A stretch of DNA of 64,000 bases from Lingula anatina (Eukaryota; Animalia; Brachiopoda): positions 17,922,848 to 17,986,847 of the forward strand of contig CM120643.1 in NCBI GenBank assembly GCA_051362555.1, written 5' to 3'. Position 1 is the stretch's first letter, and each line of letters opens with the position of its first letter. The translations under genes and the position numbers were made by a program. Shown piece after piece: positions 51,304 through 64,000 of this stretch. The notes beneath the pieces are model-generated. The model saw only the letters and a program-made list of their open reading frames with translations, did no database searches and was not told the DNA's origin.

Positions 51304-51330
51304 CCGGAAGTAGATTTATTCACGTGGAAA

Positions 51331-51337
<7 letters not shown>
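51304..51337 (+). promoter_or_regulatory. KARS1 housekeeping-type proximal motifs
   Basis: CCGGAAGT (ETS) at 51304-51311, CACGTG (E-box) at 51321-51326, AAAATGGCGG (YY1-like) overlapping the start codon. Confidence 0.5.
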
Positions 51338-59378
<8,041 letters not shown>

Positions 59379-59524
59379 CAAAGTTTAGAAAAAATGCACA
59401 ATTTTGACACAACAAACAATATTGGGGGGAAAACATCCCATTGGAACGAATAATAATAACACTGAAGGAAATGCAAGGATTGAACAATTCGAAAGAAAAC
59501 CTTGAAATGTATCTCTGTTGTTTT

Positions 59525-59574
59525 TGAAAAATATCACCACTGAATGTTCTGAAAAATATCACCTCTGAATGTTA
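59525..59574 (+). repeat. 2 x 25-bp tandem repeat in the KARS1 3' UTR
   Basis: tgaaaaatatcacc(a/t)ctgaatgtt occurs twice. Confidence 0.85.
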
Positions 59575-60819
59575 ACTTGTATAACCAAGAGAGACAGTAA
59601 AAAAGCAACTTTTTAATGGCTAATGAAGATGGAAAAGTGCTCAGTTGATAAGTACTTACTGCAAAAGAACTTTTGAATTCAAGTAGTTTGCTTTGTTAAA
59701 TACAAAGAAGAAGCAAAATAAATTGATGTTATTGAAAAGATAACAAGAAGCCAACACAATAAACTGATGTAAAATTTGCTTTCTTGCATACTTGGTTGGA
59801 ATTATTTGTCTTAGACAATTTATTCCAGCATGCCTGTCCATGATGATTTGACAGTGTTGCACTTTTGTTAATAGCTGTGCATTATGATGGATTATAGTGT
59901 GCACCAGTTAACTCCCAGTTAGTTTGGATACCGTCATGACAATATGTTTGAAAGCCTGTATTCATTTAGTGACTATGAAAGAAAAAATGCCCACTCATTG
60001 TGCTGTAGCTTGCTCATTTTGTTATACTTTATTATAAATTAAGAAGTTATAAATTAATAAAAGTAATTAATATAGTTTTACCTGAACAGATAAAAGAACA
60101 TAAAATAAAAGCCACTTAAAAATGCTAAAAGGTCTCAAGAGACTTGTGGGAGATTTACGTCAAATGATGCTGACAGTGGTCCAGTTTTGAAATTTTCTAT
60201 TTGTACCATAAATACATTACAGAGCCAACCATTAATACAGTATCCTATGAAAAAAGATTGTAATGGCATTGTTAACACTTTCTTCCATCGCCTTTACTTT
60301 CTTAATACCCTTTTAAATTGTATTTGTTAAATAAAATATTGTACATTTACCTATATAGTTAAGTCTATTGAGCACATATTGATTTTAGACTCAATATTAT
60401 TCTTAAATAATTATCAATCCCTGATGTCAACTATCACTATACATTGATTTCAAACACTCAAGTCCATCTCTTTGCTTCTGTATTCAAGAGCAAAGATTTC
60501 AGCTTTTTTAAATGGCAAATGTAGTCAAAATCTTTTAAAAGTGTCAAGTTTAAATTGTGCACAAAAAGAAAGATATACTAAAAATATAACCTAAATTGTC
60601 ATATTTTTGCAAAAATGAAAAAAATACATCTTTCTACTTTGAGGTATGGAAACTTTCATGCAATTTTATTCAAACTCAAACGCTACTGAAATACTTAAAA
60701 TGATCTTCTACCTCTGAAAATAATTTTCTACATAAAACTGCACTGGACACATTATGGTTAAAAATGTAACCCACATGCTATTTCAGACCATAATGGTGAT
60801 TTTAAAATGTAAATCCAAA

Positions 60820-61246
60820 TTAGTGTTTATCTTTCAGCTTGCAGTGACCATTGACTTCACCATTAGGTGAGTTAAATCCTTCCACGACAGCTGTATCATG
60901 CACAGAATTTAAAGGATCAATATTTCCTGAAATCCCACATGTGGCATTTATAGTCTCCCGTTTTTCTATCATACCTTCTTTTGTTTGAGAACTGTTCTGT
61001 CTTTGCCCAGAAACATTTACATTATTGAGACTATGTTGTGCTACATTATCATTTTGTGAGGCCTCTCCTGATTTGTCCTTTTTCTTGTTGGACTCTGGTA
61101 GGACCACTCTGATTGGTGGAGTCCCCAAACTAACACCATCCACTGGAATTGGGCAGACGATGTTTAGTTTTCTTTCATCATGAAGTCCAAGATACTGTAA
61201 ACACACAATGGCAGCTGCATTTTCTGCATATTTCTTGGACTTTTCC
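60820..61246 (-). CDS. DUS2: DUS2 terminal exon (dsRBD helix 2 plus low-complexity tail)
   Basis: tgtag|g; encodes EKSKKYAENAAAIVCLQYLG...KLKDKH*. Confidence 0.9.
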
Positions 61247-63453
61247 CTACAAATTGTAAATACTCATATATTTGATTTTGAAAATACAAAATAAATATTC
61301 AAGTGCTAAAATTTTATTTTCAAGAGTAATTTTAAATATTTTTTAAACTCTAATTTCATATTTATAATGAATCTTTTCCATGAGTTTTGTCAAGAGAAAT
61401 AAAGTTGTCAATTTATAAATTGTAGAAATATATGACAAATCTTCACTGTCAGCATCATTTCCATGATGAAACCGTGAGGGTGGTTGCAAATAACTTCAAG
61501 CACCGAAACATGTTGAAGGTATGATTATAGAACCTACCAGTGACAAGATGAAAACTTTTTTCCATCAACAGTGACAACTGACTGGAAGCAACGGTCATTT
61601 CCCTTTTGTTCCTGAAAAAAACATAAATAAAAATATATTGTACATCTGACAAAATGAAATGACAAAATATATCAATTTCCACTGGTTGAATTATACATGT
61701 CATAATAATGTTTAACTGCTCGGGACCATTTACTTACTCATATTATCTTGTGTTTAGTAGTTTACAGTCTACTGACTACTGATTCTGTTCACTTACCGTG
61801 TCATAAACTGGTTTCTGTAGGTTATTCTTCTTTGTCCACTCATATAAAATCATTTTAGGTCCTGTGCCCTCATATTCTTTTCTGTCAAAATAGTTACAAT
61901 ACATCAATAACAGCCATACTGAACATAATTTATCAAATTTTCTTCATGCTGAGAAAAGAAAATCTAGCATGAGAAAATTTTTAAAAAAATTATGAATCGT
62001 TTTATTTCTCTGCTTTATATGGTAGGGATTGATGTACTGCTGTGAAGTGTTTTTCTTCCTTTTATTTTAAATCATTAACATCATTTTGAATTATTATCAT
62101 CATAATCATTACTTATTTTCAATCATTTATTGTCATATTAATGTTTATTATATCTTTATATATTCATAAATTTATGTATTTAATAATTGTATATTATGCA
62201 ATACCTTATAAACTTGATGGGCATTTCAATAATTTCGGAACCATCATTGAGTTTTCTTTTCTTCAGTCCATATGACCCAGTTCCATCTTCATCTGCCATT
62301 GTCTGTATGAGAGTCTCTGCTCTCTCTCGACGTTTTTGTTCAGTTTCTTCTAGATATTCAACTAAACCCCAAGGTGCACTGTGGAAACAATTATCATATA
62401 CTCTTTAAATGTAATTTGGTAATGACAATAGAATGGAAATATCCTTTTTAAGCCAATGAAGGTAAAAGGTGTAGAAAAGGGTGCACTGAAGAAATATTCA
62501 CACGTTAAGCTTTACCTCTAACCTGTATTTCAAAACATTTTATCAAACCATTGAAGCAAAAGTGACATTTTGTTAAACAACGGACAGCTTCCACACATAT
62601 CCCCCTCTGTTTAAAATTAAAATTCAGGTTTTTAAAGACTTTCAGACTTTGTGATAACAGAAGTCTCCAATTATGACATCTCTAAGGCTGCAATCAGAAC
62701 ATTGGACTAACTAGTCCACGGGTCAAATATGGCGATCCACTAAAATGCTTGCCGTCTAAACCTCTAATAAACACTGAACAGATTCCCTCTGGGGAAGTAT
62801 TCAAGTGGGTTGGCCATTATGACCCTGGGACTAGTTATTCCCCTGTTCTGAATGAGATCTAAATGCTCACCAGAGGTCTCTCATCAGTTCTGCTTGCATT
62901 ACTGCCTCCCCTACAGGAGAGTTGAGATTCTCGTGGAGATACTGCTGCACTGTGTACTTTGTATTGGTCATATTATTGTTGTAGTCTATTGCCTGAATCA
63001 AAAGTTACAAATAAGTAGGCCACATTGTTGCTTTTATAGTCTATTAGCTCAATGAAGACTTTTCTTACAAATATAAATTAGCCCCACTGTTATCTATTTT
63101 TCGTGTCACACTGCCAATGAATTTATGAAGATTATTAAATCCAGTTTATACAATATACAAACATTTTCTTAAAATCTTGGTTGCTATGACAATGACTTCT
63201 TAGTCATGGCAACACTGACACTGACATTCACTGTGAGTTCAGATATAAAGTAACTGAAGTGAATTTTTAAACATCAATACTTACAATTTTTAAATAAGCC
63301 TTTATGACCTCATCTGTGGGAAGCATTCCCTCTTTTCTAAATACAGAAGTATTCCATTCTGCTGTTCTCGCTATCATCACTGAATCTGCTCCAGTTTCTA
63401 GACGAAACCATTCTATATCTTCATATTTCCTGATGTGATTTTTGGATCCTCCA
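60820..63453 (-). CDS. DUS2: tRNA-dihydrouridine(20) synthase 2-like with C-terminal dsRNA-binding domain, 3' portion (6 exons; 5' exons beyond the window end)
   Basis: Exons 63453-63285, 62992-62871, 62378-62205, 61881-61797, 61611-61538 and 61246-60820 are phase-compatible. DUS catalytic tail GGS...GADSVMIARTAEWNTSVFRKEG, helical domain NTKYTVQQ, and dsRBD PKMILYEW...KPVYDT...FQSVVTVDGKKF...WEKSKKYAENAAAIVCLQYLG. Confidence 0.93.
61538..61611 (-). CDS. DUS2: DUS2 exon (dsRBD beta strands)
   Basis: ttcag|gaa ... tg|gtagg on the minus strand. Confidence 0.9.
61797..61881 (-). CDS. DUS2: DUS2 exon (dsRBD start)
   Basis: gacag|a ... acg|gtaag on the minus strand. Confidence 0.9.
62205..62378 (-). 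CDS. DUS2: DUS2 exon (linker)
   Basis: cacag|t ... ag|gtatt on the minus strand. Confidence 0.87.
62691..62854. mobile_element. Fold-back MITE in a DUS2 intron
   Basis: Left arm caatcagaacattggactaactagtccacgggtcaaatatggcgatccact resembles the reverse complement of the right arm, cattcagaacaggggaataactagtcccagggtcataatggccaacccact. Confidence 0.7.
62871..62992 (-). CDS. DUS2: DUS2 exon (AIDYNNNMTNTKYTVQQ)
   Basis: ttcag|gca ... tg|gtgag on the minus strand. Confidence 0.9.
63285..63453 (-). CDS. DUS2: DUS2 exon (SVMIARTAEWN)
   Basis: ttcag|t ... att|gtaag on the minus strand. Confidence 0.92.
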
Positions 63454-64000
63454 CTGAATAACAAAAGTATTAATTATATGAATGGTTATTTTAATCTTTT
63501 CTATGTAGACAAGAATAAAGATAAAATAATCATATTGGATCTTTGGCTGTATCTTATCAAAATACAATGTAGCTTTATAAAAGTTATTACCTCTATCAAT
63601 AAAGGAAGTCATGCTTTTACAGGTGTTGGTTTGTCTGCTTGTTAGAGGACACGGTATTTCAAAAAGTTATCCACAAAATTTGATGCATTTTAAGGATAGA
63701 ATTATTCGCTTAAGGGGACTTATAGTAAAAGGACCAAAGTCATAGAAACAAAGCCCTGGGCTTGTAAGTTTTAATAAAAAATTAAAACAAACTTCCCAAA
63801 AGGCCAATTAAAGACGGGGATTAAGTACAGTGTCCAACGGATGACGCTCTGGCGCCAATTTGAGGGGAAAAATGCCGTTTTCGGTATTGGGATTTTCTCT
63901 ATAACCAAGACAGCTATTCAAGTGATTCAAAAGGCCTCATAAAGCTGGGTGAAAGCACTACAGCGCGGTACCAGGGAATTGTCTAAATAACTATTTACTT

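Noticed and set aside
63700-64000. CpG-richer block at the window end
   Set aside because: Probably a repeat fragment in a DUS2 intron, but it is truncated by the window and cannot be classified.

Overview
AT-rich, intron-containing animal genomic DNA; an invertebrate bilaterian, possibly a lophotrochozoan (inference only). I spliced five protein-coding genes by hand, all with GT-AG junctions and continuous reading frames. They are: the 3' part of CFDP1/BCNT (+, 487-2944); an MFHAS1-like ROCO gene with LRR-Roc-COR-Cys4-CARD architecture (+, 5396-9840); BCAR1/p130Cas (-, 14445-48879, two very large introns); lysyl-tRNA synthetase KARS1 (+, 51331-59378); and the 3' part of DUS2 (-, 60820-63453). 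Introns hold several MITE-like non-autonomous DNA transposons, microsatellites and long G/C homopolymers. Most notable: (1) a ROCO GTPase ending in a CARD-like domain split by a ~60-aa disordered insert, with a perfect NF-kB site near its presumed start; (2) a KARS1 alternative exon, absent from the ORF track, that encodes a mitochondrial presequence; (3) an exact 31-bp duplication of a KARS1 splice acceptor; (4) a KARS1 intron flanked by a 10-bp direct repeat, a candidate intron gain; (5) CFDP1-BCAR1-KARS1-DUS2 linkage resembling human 16q; (6) a candidate 42-nt in-frame BCAR1 cassette exon. No database searches were run; family assignments come from motif recognition.
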